DNA from: Bacteroidia bacterium
GTDB taxonomy: Bacteria > Bacteroidota > Bacteroidia > NS11-12g > UBA955
Direction of reading: 5' to 3'
Length of the DNA stretch: 64,000 nucleotides
Assembly: GCA_041690035.1 (NCBI GenBank)
Contig: JBDNFC010000081.1
Location: 3,586-67,585, forward strand
Below, piece by piece: positions 1 to 8,863 of this stretch. Positions within the stretch are counted from its first letter, which is position 1; the number at the start of each line of letters is the position of its first letter. Both the position numbers and the translations under genes were made by a program. The notes under the pieces are model-generated. The model was not told the DNA's origin and did not search any database. It was given only the letters and a program-made list of their open reading frames with translations.

Positions 1-407
1 ATTAAGAAAAACAAAATTAATGTGGTTAAAACATCGTAAGTAAACTGTAAGTCGTTTTCTAATATAAACCAATTGGTGGACATTTCAATGTTGCCAATGT
101 CTTTAAAAATTCTGCGTATTACAATTAAAGTTATAATTTCATATTGCTTGCCAATGTATATAGAAATGGACTTGGGTAAATAAAATACCAATAAAAATAC
201 TTCGTAAATTAGAATAAATGAAAAGGGGGTATAAATAGCAGATATCGGGCTTTTTGTTAGCTTTGAAGAAATATGAATAATATTTTGACTTACTAAAAAA
301 ATAACTAACAAATGCAATACAAAACTTGCTATGGCTATGCCTATAACTATGCGTTCAGTTTTTTCTCTAAATTCTTCGGATATAAAACGGGTAAATATTT
401 TTTTCAT
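1..407 (-). CDS. hypothetical integral membrane protein (3-prime end truncated by window edge)
   Basis: Minus-strand ATG at 407-405 (MKKIFTRFISEEFREKTERIVIGIAIASFVLHLL...), frame open to position 1. Several hydrophobic segments. No family recognised. Confidence 0.4.
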   Translation of the reverse strand, partial: MKKIFTRFISEEFREKTERIVIGIAIASFVLHLLVIFLVSQNIIHISSKLTKSPISAIYTPFSFILIYEVFLLVFYLPKSISIYIGKQYEIITLIVIRRIFKDIGNIEMSTNWFILENDLQFTYDVLTTLILFFL

Positions 408-453
408 GGGTAAATTGGGTTGTTGCTCAGTTTATTTTTTATAAATTTGTTAA

Positions 454-2466
454 TCAATATTTTATTTTATTATAAAAAAAATGCATACTTAATACATGAG
501 GAAAGCTTAAGCAGGCTAAAATAATAAAGAAAAATCCAGTTAAATTGGCTCCTGCAAAAAGGAGAAAGTATATTATAATTAATGCCCCGCCAACGCTAAA
601 AGGCAAAGATTTCGACCATAAACGAGAGCTGCTTTCATTTAAACCAATTGCAAGGTGGCGCCAACCATGTATGCTGTGCTGCCAAATAAAATATATTCCA
701 AACGAAACCAATAATGGCAACATGCTGGAAAGAAGAAGATAAATGAGTGTAAATAAAATATATTTGGATTGATTGAAAACGGCAGTTAAAATGCCAGATA
801 TGATGATGAAAATTTGGAATATAAATAAGTTGTTTTTAGATATTGTTTTTAAAAAAATTACAGAGTGCAAGTTTGGAATTTGTTGAAGTATGTTATTTAG
901 TTCTTTAAAATGAAAGAATAAAATTGTTAATAAAACAATAAGACCCCAAATAAATGATTGCAATCCTTGTTTTAACCGCCATTCTTTAAAATCTGCTTGT
1001 CCAAAATGCCATGCGGAATAAGCTATAAAAATGATTAATGCAGCATCTGGTAAAAACACCCAAACTAAACCTAAAAGAGCACTTTTAAACAGGTAACTTA
1101 ATATAAAATAAAGGAATTGTTTTTTGTTTATAATTATTTTGGAAGTAAGGTGGTCCAATGCACCATGCGAAAGGCCAACAGATAAAAACCCGAAGGCTAA
1201 AAGACCCCAAGAGACGGACTCTAAATTTATGTACGATAAAAATAGGGTGACAAGTGTAAATACAAAAGGTAAAATTAAAATGGGCAAAGTTTTAATTTGT
1301 TGGTAAACGTCTTTAAATGCGGTTTTTATAAATAACCATTTAGGTAATTTATAAAAAATTGTGATTTCTTCTATTAGGTTAGTTTTTTCTCCTAAAAAAC
1401 TTAAAACTTTGGTAACGGGTACTTTTTTAAACAATGTTTCGAAAATCAGTTTTCCGTTTTCGGGGGTTTCATCTAATATTTTAAGAAGCAAACGATCATA
1501 AAAAATAAATCTTTGCTTTTTAGGACTTCTTTTAGGTACTTGGCTATTTTTAATGGCATTCATTTGCAATAATGCATCTTCTGCCATGGCATGAAAAGCA
1601 TATCCTGTTGTAGATTTTAACATATTCGCCCTTGCACCTGTGTTTATCCAGTTTTCGCCATAATTATCTACTTCTAAATTAGCGGATGACATGGGTATAG
1701 CACCTTGTTCATATTCTAAAATAGTATAAGAAAACCCCATTTTATTAATGTAATCCGCAAGAATCAATTGTGCTTTATCATTTAATAATTTTTGATCTCC
1801 AAATCTAGTTAACTCAATTAGGGCAGTTTCTTCATCATAAGGCAGTGTGTAAACAAACTGAGTAAAATTATTTTGAGGGATGTTAAAATCCATCAATACC
1901 ATAGTTGATGTATCAAACACTTTGGTCGCGGATTTTATTTTCCAACCATAAAAAGATTGGTGTAAATGACTTTGGTTCTTTTTTGGTGCTTTAAAAGAGG
2001 GTGGTCGGCTATCAAAAACTTTATGAGCATAAATTATTTCAGTTTCTAGTTTAATTTCAAAAAAGTTTGAGTGAGTTAGAGGATTTTCTTTTAAGAAAGC
2101 ACTAAAAAACCTTGTGCTATATTTAAAAAGAATGCTTTTGGTTTCGTTGTATAAATCAATTCCTTTTACATGATAATAATGCAAAGGGTTAATAGGCTGT
2201 TTGGTAATGCCATTAATTTCAATATTTTCCCAACTGTAACTTATAAGGTTTTTTATTTCTAAATTTAAAACGTCTTTTTCTGTTGCCCAAAAACAAAATG
2301 TACGATCATTGTCCGATTTGCTGTCCGGCTCTATAATGGCTATAGTTTTGTTTAACAGCAAACCATTGTTTTGCAACCTTAAAATTAATAAGCAATTGGC
2401 TGCGCCCAAACCTATAAAAAGGTAATCGAATTTTTTTTGCGAATTATTAACGATTGTTTCTTTCAT
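454..2466 (-). CDS. fusion protein: CrtY-type lycopene beta-cyclase (N-terminal) + Brp/Blh beta-carotene 15,15'-dioxygenase (C-terminal)
   Basis: 670-aa uninterrupted ORF. N-terminal about 380 aa carries an FAD Rossmann motif DYLFIGLGAANCLLILRL that aligns to Pantoea CrtY (DLILVGAGLANGLIALRL). C-terminal about 290 aa is polytopic membrane with conserved His clusters (HGALDH, WHFGQAD, WQHSIHGWRH) typical of Blh. Lies directly downstream of the rhodopsin gene. Confidence 0.75.
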   Translation of the reverse strand: MKETIVNNSQKKFDYLFIGLGAANCLLILRLQNNGLLLNKTIAIIEPDSKSDNDRTFCFWATEKDVLNLEIKNLISYSWENIEINGITKQPINPLHYYHVKGIDLYNETKSILFKYSTRFFSAFLKENPLTHSNFFEIKLETEIIYAHKVFDSRPPSFKAPKKNQSHLHQSFYGWKIKSATKVFDTSTMVLMDFNIPQNNFTQFVYTLPYDEETALIELTRFGDQKLLNDKAQLILADYINKMGFSYTILEYEQGAIPMSSANLEVDNYGENWINTGARANMLKSTTGYAFHAMAEDALLQMNAIKNSQVPKRSPKKQRFIFYDRLLLKILDETPENGKLIFETLFKKVPVTKVLSFLGEKTNLIEEITIFYKLPKWLFIKTAFKDVYQQIKTLPILILPFVFTLVTLFLSYINLESVSWGLLAFGFLSVGLSHGALDHLTSKIIINKKQFLYFILSYLFKSALLGLVWVFLPDAALIIFIAYSAWHFGQADFKEWRLKQGLQSFIWGLIVLLTILFFHFKELNNILQQIPNLHSVIFLKTISKNNLFIFQIFIIISGILTAVFNQSKYILFTLIYLLLSSMLPLLVSFGIYFIWQHSIHGWRHLAIGLNESSSRLWSKSLPFSVGGALIIIYFLLFAGANLTGFFFIILACLSFPHVLSMHFFYNKIKY

Positions 2467-2489
2467 TTTTTGGCAGGGCTAAAGCAATA

Positions 2490-2530
2490 AAAAAGGGATG
2501 ACATAATAAAATTACACCATCCCTTTTCAT
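2490..2530 (-). terminator. weak hairpin between rhodopsin and crtY-blh (possible partial terminator/attenuator)
   Basis: GGGATG...CATCCC inverted repeat with long loop, followed by a T-run on the minus strand in the 78-bp gap. Confidence 0.25.
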
Positions 2531-2544
2531 TTTTTTAATTTGAA

Positions 2545-3264
2545 TTAGTCTTCAGAAGATCTGCTTAAAGCATAAATTACTAAACCAAAACCAATTTTGT
2601 TAATAGCATCTGCGATGTTATAAACAATATCCATCGCATGGCTAGCAGCGGCTGGGTCGCTTACTAATTGGATACCAAACAATCCACCTGGAGTACCTAA
2701 GATGTAACCCAATGGATAGATAGCCCAACCAACCAATACGAACCAAGCCAATATTTTTACAGCTTTTGCTACTTGTGTTCCTGCTGTTTGCGCCAATTTT
2801 GCAATTTCGCCAAACCAAACTAAGTACACAATATAAAAATAAGCAGCACCAGAAATCACACCCCAAAGCACACTGCCATCTCTGTCTAGCACTTCGCCCA
2901 CATAACCAGTAATTAACATTACCAATGAAGCAAGGATTAATTTCCATAACAAGTTAATTTTCGCACCTGCTTTTTTGGTAATTAAGTAAAACTCAACACA
3001 CATCAAAGGCACGGTTAAAATCCAATCCACATAACGGAAAAAAGTTGGAGATTCACCAGTTTCAAGATTGTAGCCTCTCATGTAATAGTAATGCACTGCT
3101 GCAATAAAGGTAATTAGACCCGAAACCAAAACAGAGGTTCTCCATTTGGGCGAAGTATTGTTTAGTTCAAGAAAGAAGAAGAGAGAAGCGGCCATCATAG
3201 CCATTGTTCCGATGAAGAACGTAAAAGCAACATAATTGTCGCTAGCGATTTTTAGATGTTCCAT
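2545..3264 (-). CDS. proteorhodopsin (light-driven proton pump, green-type)
   Basis: 7-TM protein with the helix-C motif RYVDWILTVPLMCVEF (DTE proton donor/acceptor triad, Met at the position-105 tuning site as in flavobacterial green PRs). Helix-G retinal lysine in DAINKIGFGLVIY. Confidence 0.9.
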   Translation of the reverse strand: MEHLKIASDNYVAFTFFIGTMAMMAASLFFFLELNNTSPKWRTSVLVSGLITFIAAVHYYYMRGYNLETGESPTFFRYVDWILTVPLMCVEFYLITKKAGAKINLLWKLILASLVMLITGYVGEVLDRDGSVLWGVISGAAYFYIVYLVWFGEIAKLAQTAGTQVAKAVKILAWFVLVGWAIYPLGYILGTPGGLFGIQLVSDPAAASHAMDIVYNIADAINKIGFGLVIYALSRSSED

Positions 3265-3347
3265 TGTTTTTTATTATTAAAGATTAAGCAATTAAACAAT
3301 TACTTTTTAAAAAAGTTTTTATTAAATATATGAACTAGTAAAATAAA

Positions 3348-3376
3348 TTTGACTAAAATACTTAAATATTTGACTA
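3348..3376. promoter_or_regulatory. direct repeat of TTTGACTA (3348-3355, 3369-3376), 21-bp phasing, in rhodopsin upstream region
   Basis: Two copies of A(A/T)ATTTGACTA spaced two helical turns apart, 85-110 bp upstream of the rhodopsin start codon. Confidence 0.25.
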
Positions 3377-3561
3377 TCAAAATAATAATTTAAAAAAAAA
3401 TGTGATTTATTACCTCTTTTCGTAAGAAAACAATTTTTCAAATTAATATTTTATTTTTTTATAGCTGTACTCAAAAAAATTAATACTTATATCAATTAAA
3501 TTAACATACTGATAGCAGCTAACTTTAAACATTCTATTAACTGCAACACTTTTACTCATGG

Positions 3562-3585
3562 GTTTGTTAGTCAAGGCTAACAAAC
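3562..3585. promoter_or_regulatory. perfect 9-bp inverted repeat GTTTGTTAG-N6-CTAACAAAC
   Basis: Seen directly in the divergent intergenic region between rhodopsin and aminotransferase. Candidate operator or hairpin. Confidence 0.25.
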
Positions 3586-3678
3586 AATCTGAATTCTACT
3601 TAAACGTTATTCCTATAAGTCTGGAAAAGTTTCCATTAACAAAAAAGAAAAATACTGTCAACTAGATAATTATAGCAT

Positions 3679-3688
3679 GGGGGGGGGG
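3679..3688. repeat. G10 homopolymer tract
   Basis: Ten consecutive G in a roughly 30% GC genome, inside the 575-bp divergent promoter region. Candidate slipped-strand site or sequencing artefact. Confidence 0.6.
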
Positions 3689-3839
3689 AAAACTATTATT
3701 ATCCCAAATTATCATAATAAATTTGGTGAAACAGTTCCAAACACTTCTCGACAATAAAAAGAACTATTTTTTTAAATACATCTTTTATTTCACAAGTACT
3801 TCGTTACATTTGCATTTTATATACTTAAATAAAGATTTA

Positions 3840-5042
3840 ATGTCATTTATCCCTAAATTAGCAAAGCGAATTTCGCTCTTTGAAGAATCGCAGACGATTG
3901 CAATGGCAAAAGCTGGCAGAGCTTTAAAAGCAAGCGGAAAACCCATTATAAATCTCAGTTTTGGAGAACCAGATTTTGATACCCCCAAATTTATTAAAAA
4001 TGCAGCTATAGCAGCTATAAAAGCTGGCAAGACAAAGTATACCCCCGTTGCTGGCTTGCCAGAATTGAGAGATGCAATATCTGCAAAATTTTTAAGAGAA
4101 AACAAACTGCACTATAACAGAGACCAAATTGTGGTATCTACAGGTGCAAAAAACAGTATTATGAATGTATTAATGGCATTATTAGATACTGATGACGAAG
4201 TAATTATACCAACACCTTATTGGGTGAGCTATAGTGATATGGTAAAACTGCTTGATGGAAAAATTAAATATATTGAGGCGCCTCAATCTCAAGATTTTAA
4301 AATTACTGCAAAACAATTAGAAGAAGCAATCACAAAAAAAACTAAAGTATTTATTTTTTCTTCTCCAAGCAATCCTACAGGCAGTATATACAGCCAATCA
4401 GAATTAGAGAGTTTGGCAGAAGTTTTTAGAAAAAATCCACATGTTTATATAATCAGTGATGAAATTTATGAGCATATCAATTATACCGGCACACACCACA
4501 GTATAGCCAGTATAGCTTCAATTTATGACCGGGTAATTACAATAAATGGATTGTCAAAAGGTTTTGCTATGACAGGCTGGCGGATTGGATATATTGGAGC
4601 GCATAAAGATATTGCATTTGCTTGCGAAAAACTTCAAGGGCAATTTACTAGCGGCACTAATTCTATTGCACAAGAAGCAGCTATTACAGCGCTAAATGGC
4701 AATTTAGAACCTACATATTACATGAGAGATAAATTTCTGGTAAGAAGAAATTTATTAATTAACCAATTATCAAAAGTAAAAGGTATAAAAATAAATGTTC
4801 CACCGGGTGCATTTTATGTTTTTCCAGATATTTCTTACTTCTTCGGAAAAAAACATTTGTCGTATCAAATCAATAATGCAGCAGACTTGGCAATGTATTT
4901 GCTTAATTTTGCAAACGTAACCACAGTAGATGGACAAGCTTTTGGAGCACCAAATTATTTAAGAATAAGTTATGCAGCTTCCTTAACAGACCTTAAAACA
5001 GCATGTAAAAATATCAAAAATGCATTAAACCAACTTCAATAA
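3840..5042 (+). CDS. aspC: aspartate/aromatic aminotransferase (class I, subgroup Ib)
   Basis: LSFGEPDFDTP, NPTGSIYS, SKGFAMTGWRIGY (PLP-lysine region). Aligns along its length with Thermus-type AspAT. ATG at 3840 chosen because the TTG at 3723 in the ORF track adds a non-conserved 39-aa leader. Confidence 0.85.
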   Translation: MSFIPKLAKRISLFEESQTIAMAKAGRALKASGKPIINLSFGEPDFDTPKFIKNAAIAAIKAGKTKYTPVAGLPELRDAISAKFLRENKLHYNRDQIVVSTGAKNSIMNVLMALLDTDDEVIIPTPYWVSYSDMVKLLDGKIKYIEAPQSQDFKITAKQLEEAITKKTKVFIFSSPSNPTGSIYSQSELESLAEVFRKNPHVYIISDEIYEHINYTGTHHSIASIASIYDRVITINGLSKGFAMTGWRIGYIGAHKDIAFACEKLQGQFTSGTNSIAQEAAITALNGNLEPTYYMRDKFLVRRNLLINQLSKVKGIKINVPPGAFYVFPDISYFFGKKHLSYQINNAADLAMYLLNFANVTTVDGQAFGAPNYLRISYAASLTDLKTACKNIKNALNQLQ

Positions 5043-5047
5043 ATTAA

Positions 5048-6037
5048 ATGAAAGCAACAGAATTAATCGAAAAATTTAAAAATCTAAAAATAGCAGTAAT
5101 AGGCGATGTAATGCTTGATACCTATATTAATGGAAAAGTAAATAGGCTATCTCCAGAAGCCCCAGTGCCTATTATAGATGTAATAAATAAAGAAAACAGA
5201 CTTGGCGGTGCAGGAAATGTAGCACTAAATTTAAAGGCATTAGGAGCCACACCCCTATTGGTTTCTGTGATAGGAAATGATATAGAAGGTCAAATTGTTG
5301 AAAATTTACTAACAGAACTAGGTATCGAAACCATGGGAATTTTAACAAGTGAAGATCGGATAACAACGGTAAAAACAAGAATTATTGGCAATAAGTTGCA
5401 AATAGCTAGAATAGACCAAGAAATAAAAAGTTTACTGACTGCCAAAGATAATGAAAGATTAATCGGCACTTTGAGCAATATTATTGCAAATTGTGATGCC
5501 ATTATCTTTGAAGATTATGATAAGGGAGTATTGTGTATTGATAATATTAAAGCTATTATTGAAATGGCAAAAAAAAATAAAAAAATAATAGCCGTTGACC
5601 CTAAATTTAATAATTTTAATTTTTACAAAAATGTAGATCTTTTTAAACCAAATTTAAAGGAATTAACTACCGGACTTAAAAAAGAATTGCCAGATGATTT
5701 TAGCATCGAAAATATCAAAGAACTCAACACTCAATTATCCAAAAATTTAGCACCAAAAATAAGTATGATAACCATGAGTGAGAGAGGTGTTTTTACTAAT
5801 TGGGGAGAAGAAAACCATATTGCAAATGCACATCAAAGAAATATTGCAGATGTGAGCGGTGCGGGAGACTCTGTGATAAGTGTTGCGACATGCGCCCTTG
5901 CGAGCGGCTGTGATTTAAAAACTATTGCAGAATTAAGCAATATTGCAGGAGGATTGGTTTGCGAACAACCCGGGGTGGTTTCTATCATATTATCGGATTT
6001 AATAAAAGAGGCTGTGAAACATAAAATATTAGAATAA
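5048..6037 (+). CDS. hldA: D-glycero-beta-D-manno-heptose-7-phosphate kinase (RfaE domain I / HldA-like, pfkB family)
   Basis: KIAVIGDVMLDTYINGKVNRLSPEAPVPI and GGAGNVALNLKALGA align closely with the E. coli HldE kinase domain. Confidence 0.8.
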   Translation: MKATELIEKFKNLKIAVIGDVMLDTYINGKVNRLSPEAPVPIIDVINKENRLGGAGNVALNLKALGATPLLVSVIGNDIEGQIVENLLTELGIETMGILTSEDRITTVKTRIIGNKLQIARIDQEIKSLLTAKDNERLIGTLSNIIANCDAIIFEDYDKGVLCIDNIKAIIEMAKKNKKIIAVDPKFNNFNFYKNVDLFKPNLKELTTGLKKELPDDFSIENIKELNTQLSKNLAPKISMITMSERGVFTNWGEENHIANAHQRNIADVSGAGDSVISVATCALASGCDLKTIAELSNIAGGLVCEQPGVVSIILSDLIKEAVKHKILE

Positions 6038-6039
6038 TC

Positions 6040-6630
6040 ATGCAGATCAAGTTTCCTAAATTTATAGGTTCTTACACGGATGTAAAAACTTGTCCATCGA
6101 TTTTATTAAAAGAATTTGCTTTTATTGGAAGAAGTAATGTAGGTAAATCTAGCCTCTTAAATATGATTGTGGGCAATAGCAAATTAGCCAAAACAAGTGC
6201 TACTCCAGGAAAAACTCAATTAATTAATCTTTTTGACATTGATAATAAATTTATTATTGCAGATTTGCCTGGCTACGGATATGCAAAATTGAGCAAATCT
6301 AAGCGGGCAAGTTTTGCATTAATGATTAAAAACTATTTGTTAAAAAGAGAAAATTTATACACGGCTTTCTTATTATTTGATAGCAGAATACCTGCGCAAA
6401 CAATAGATTTGGAAATGGCAGATTGGATGGGAGAGAATCAGATACCTTTTAATATTATTTATACTAAAACAGATAAATTATCAGAAAATCAACTTCAAGC
6501 ACAATTAGATCAAATGCATGAAAAACTTTTTGAAACTTGGGTAGAGTTGCCCAATATTATTATTAGCTCAAGTAAAAATGAACTTGGAAAAGACACAATT
6601 TTGTCCTACATCAAAAACCATCTAAAATAA
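6040..6630 (+). CDS. engB: ribosome biogenesis GTP-binding protein YsxC/EngB
   Basis: P-loop GRSNVGKSSLLN, DLPGYGYAK switch region, size 196 aa. Confidence 0.85.
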   Translation: MQIKFPKFIGSYTDVKTCPSILLKEFAFIGRSNVGKSSLLNMIVGNSKLAKTSATPGKTQLINLFDIDNKFIIADLPGYGYAKLSKSKRASFALMIKNYLLKRENLYTAFLLFDSRIPAQTIDLEMADWMGENQIPFNIIYTKTDKLSENQLQAQLDQMHEKLFETWVELPNIIISSSKNELGKDTILSYIKNHLK

Positions 6631-6632
6631 TT

Positions 6633-7520
6633 ATGACAAATTTTTTAAACGACCCAAAGATTTGCATCAGTAATTCATCCAACTTTATTTTAGAAAACCA
6701 TCCTACCAACTACCGAGCAGGAATGGCTGATGAGAAAGATGCTGAAGATAAATTAGAAAAAAATGTTAAAAGAATAAGTAAATATCAAGAGCAATTATAT
6801 GCTCAAGGCAAACAAAGCTTACTTATTATATTTCAGGCAATGGATGCCGCAGGCAAAGACAGCACAATAGAAAACGTGATGAAAGGCATCAATCCGCAAG
6901 GGTGTCATATTACTAGTTTTAAACAGCCAAGCAAAGAAGAATTGGCTCATGATTTTTTATGGAGGTGCAATAAAGCAATTCCCGAAAAAGGAAGAATCGG
7001 TATTTTTAATAGGTCTTATTATGAAGAAGTATTGGTATGCAAAGTGCATGAAAACCACATTCTTGGGCAACAAATTGAAGGCATTAATAGTGTTGAAGAT
7101 ATTAATGAAACTTTTTGGCAAGGGAGATATGACAGTATCAATAATTTTGAAAAACATTTAAATAAGAATGGCTGTAGGGTGGTTAAATTTTTTTTAAATG
7201 TAAGCAAAGAAGAACAGAAAATCCGTTTCTTAGACCGCATTAACAATGCGGAAAAAAATTGGAAATTTAGCTACGGAGATATCGAAGAAAGAAAGCTTTG
7301 GGACAAATACATGGCGGCCTATAGCGCAATGATAACAAATACAACTAATGAAATTAATCCATGGTACATCATCCCAGCAGATAATAAATGGTTTATGCAA
7401 TATTGTGTATCAGAAATTCTAAAAGATACCTTGAAATCTTTAAATCCCACTTTCCCGATTTTGGCTGATAATCAAATGAGTTTGCTTTCAAAAGCAATTA
7501 TTGATTTGCAGAACGAATAA
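6633..7520 (+). CDS. ppk2: polyphosphate kinase 2 family protein (polyphosphate:nucleotide phosphotransferase)
   Basis: PPK2 Walker-A-like IIFQAMDAAGKDSTI, DFLWR and IFNRSYYEEV motifs. Confidence 0.8.
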   Translation: MTNFLNDPKICISNSSNFILENHPTNYRAGMADEKDAEDKLEKNVKRISKYQEQLYAQGKQSLLIIFQAMDAAGKDSTIENVMKGINPQGCHITSFKQPSKEELAHDFLWRCNKAIPEKGRIGIFNRSYYEEVLVCKVHENHILGQQIEGINSVEDINETFWQGRYDSINNFEKHLNKNGCRVVKFFLNVSKEEQKIRFLDRINNAEKNWKFSYGDIEERKLWDKYMAAYSAMITNTTNEINPWYIIPADNKWFMQYCVSEILKDTLKSLNPTFPILADNQMSLLSKAIIDLQNE

Positions 7521-7539
7521 TTTTAATTATTTTTGAAAA

Positions 7540-8412
7540 ATGTTTATTGAATATATATCAAAAGTAAAGGGGAGTGTTTCAGAAGCAATTGGGGAATTGC
7601 AACGTGCAAGTTTTAAAAATCAATCACTTTTGGCTATTTTATTTGCTTTAATTAGATTTGGCTTGATTTTTTTGCTGATGCTAACAGGATTTAAGCAACT
7701 ATCAAATATTAAAAACAATCCAGATTTTTTAGCCAATCCACAATCCATATTTGAGTATTTACCTACAAATTCATTTGGCATTATAATAATTTCTATGATT
7801 GTTTTCCTTTTTATCACTTCTTTATATATTGCAATTGGGCTTAATATTAATGATAATATTGTAAAAAATAATAACTATACTGTACTTGATAGTTTAAAAG
7901 AGAGGTTAATGCCAAAAACGATTAATATTTTCTTGTCATTTTTTATTTTTGCTTTTGGCTATATACTTATTTTGATAATTTTAACATCGCTTGCAGCAGC
8001 AATTTCAAAAATCTCCCCAGTTTTAGGTATTTTATTGGCTATTCTATCATTTATTGCATTATTTATTGGCTTTTTTAGACTTTGCGCTGTGCCCGCTTAT
8101 ATTGTGCATGGAAATTATAATGTGATAGATGCCATAAAGCTATCAATCAAAAGAATAACCTGGCTTAGAGCGATAATTATATTGGTGCTCAATATTGTAT
8201 TTACAATTTTATTGGCAATTTTATATTTTATAATTTTTTATGCTACAGGCACTATGCTTAATGGCACTATCTCTATGATATTATTTTTTTCTATTGGTGT
8301 GTTGGTGGCTACAATTATTATGAGCTGCATGAGCACTATCTACTTTAGGTATGAAACTGATGATTTTGAAGATAGCATAGAAAAACACCTCTTAGCAGAT
8401 TACGACAATTAA
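7540..8412 (+). CDS. hypothetical polytopic membrane protein
   Basis: 290-aa ORF with 5-6 hydrophobic helices. No recognisable motif. Confidence 0.5.
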   Translation: MFIEYISKVKGSVSEAIGELQRASFKNQSLLAILFALIRFGLIFLLMLTGFKQLSNIKNNPDFLANPQSIFEYLPTNSFGIIIISMIVFLFITSLYIAIGLNINDNIVKNNNYTVLDSLKERLMPKTINIFLSFFIFAFGYILILIILTSLAAAISKISPVLGILLAILSFIALFIGFFRLCAVPAYIVHGNYNVIDAIKLSIKRITWLRAIIILVLNIVFTILLAILYFIIFYATGTMLNGTISMILFFSIGVLVATIIMSCMSTIYFRYETDDFEDSIEKHLLADYDN

Positions 8413-8476
8413 TAACCCTAAACAAAATATTGCCATTATTCATGGCCCTAATTTAAACTTATTAGGTAAAAGAGAA

Positions 8477-8851
8477 ATGGATATTTATGGCAGCGTGTCT
8501 TTCGAAGATTTTTATGCAACATTAAAAAGTAAATTTGCTAAAGAAATTAACCTTACTTATTTTCAAAGCAATATAGAAGGAGAAATAATTAATTTTATTC
8601 ATACACAGCCTTTTGATGCAGCAATAATTAATGGAGGCGGTTATAGCCACAGTTCTGTGGCAATAGCAGATGCAATAGCTGCAATTATAAAACCATTTAT
8701 AAACATTCATATCAGTAATATTTATAACCGAGAGATTGAACGACACATAGATTTACTCTCTAAATATTGTAAGGCGGGGATGTATGGGCTAGGCTTAGAA
8801 AGTTATGATTATGCTGTGCAATATTTAATCAATTATTTAAAAAAATTGTAA
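8477..8851 (+). CDS. aroQ: type II 3-dehydroquinate dehydratase
   Basis: AroQ-II fold residues (INGGGYSHSSVAIADAI, HISNIYNRE). The conserved N-terminal segment NIAIIHGPNLNLLGKRE is encoded in-frame immediately upstream (8420-8476) with no ATG/GTG/TTG available, so the true start may be a non-canonical codon (ATT/ATA). Confidence 0.8.
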   Translation: MDIYGSVSFEDFYATLKSKFAKEINLTYFQSNIEGEIINFIHTQPFDAAIINGGGYSHSSVAIADAIAAIIKPFINIHISNIYNREIERHIDLLSKYCKAGMYGLGLESYDYAVQYLINYLKKL

Positions 8852-8863
8852 TAATTTTGCAGC

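Noticed and set aside
545-1306. Plus-strand ORFs 545..742 and 1124..1306 inside the crtY-blh gene
   Set aside because: Antisense to a well-supported 670-aa gene. Low-complexity translations with no motifs. Typical shadow ORFs.
2642-2947. 101-aa alternative-frame ORF inside the proteorhodopsin gene
   Set aside because: Same strand, different frame. Cys/Trp-rich nonsense translation. The rhodopsin frame carries all diagnostic motifs.
3723-3839. TTG-initiated 39-aa N-terminal extension of the aminotransferase
   Set aside because: The extension is hydrophobic/low-complexity and not conserved. The ATG at 3840 aligns with AspAT N-termini.
3785-4105. Minus-strand 106-aa ORF overlapping the aminotransferase 5-prime end
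   Set aside because: Antisense to a strongly supported gene. No homology signal.
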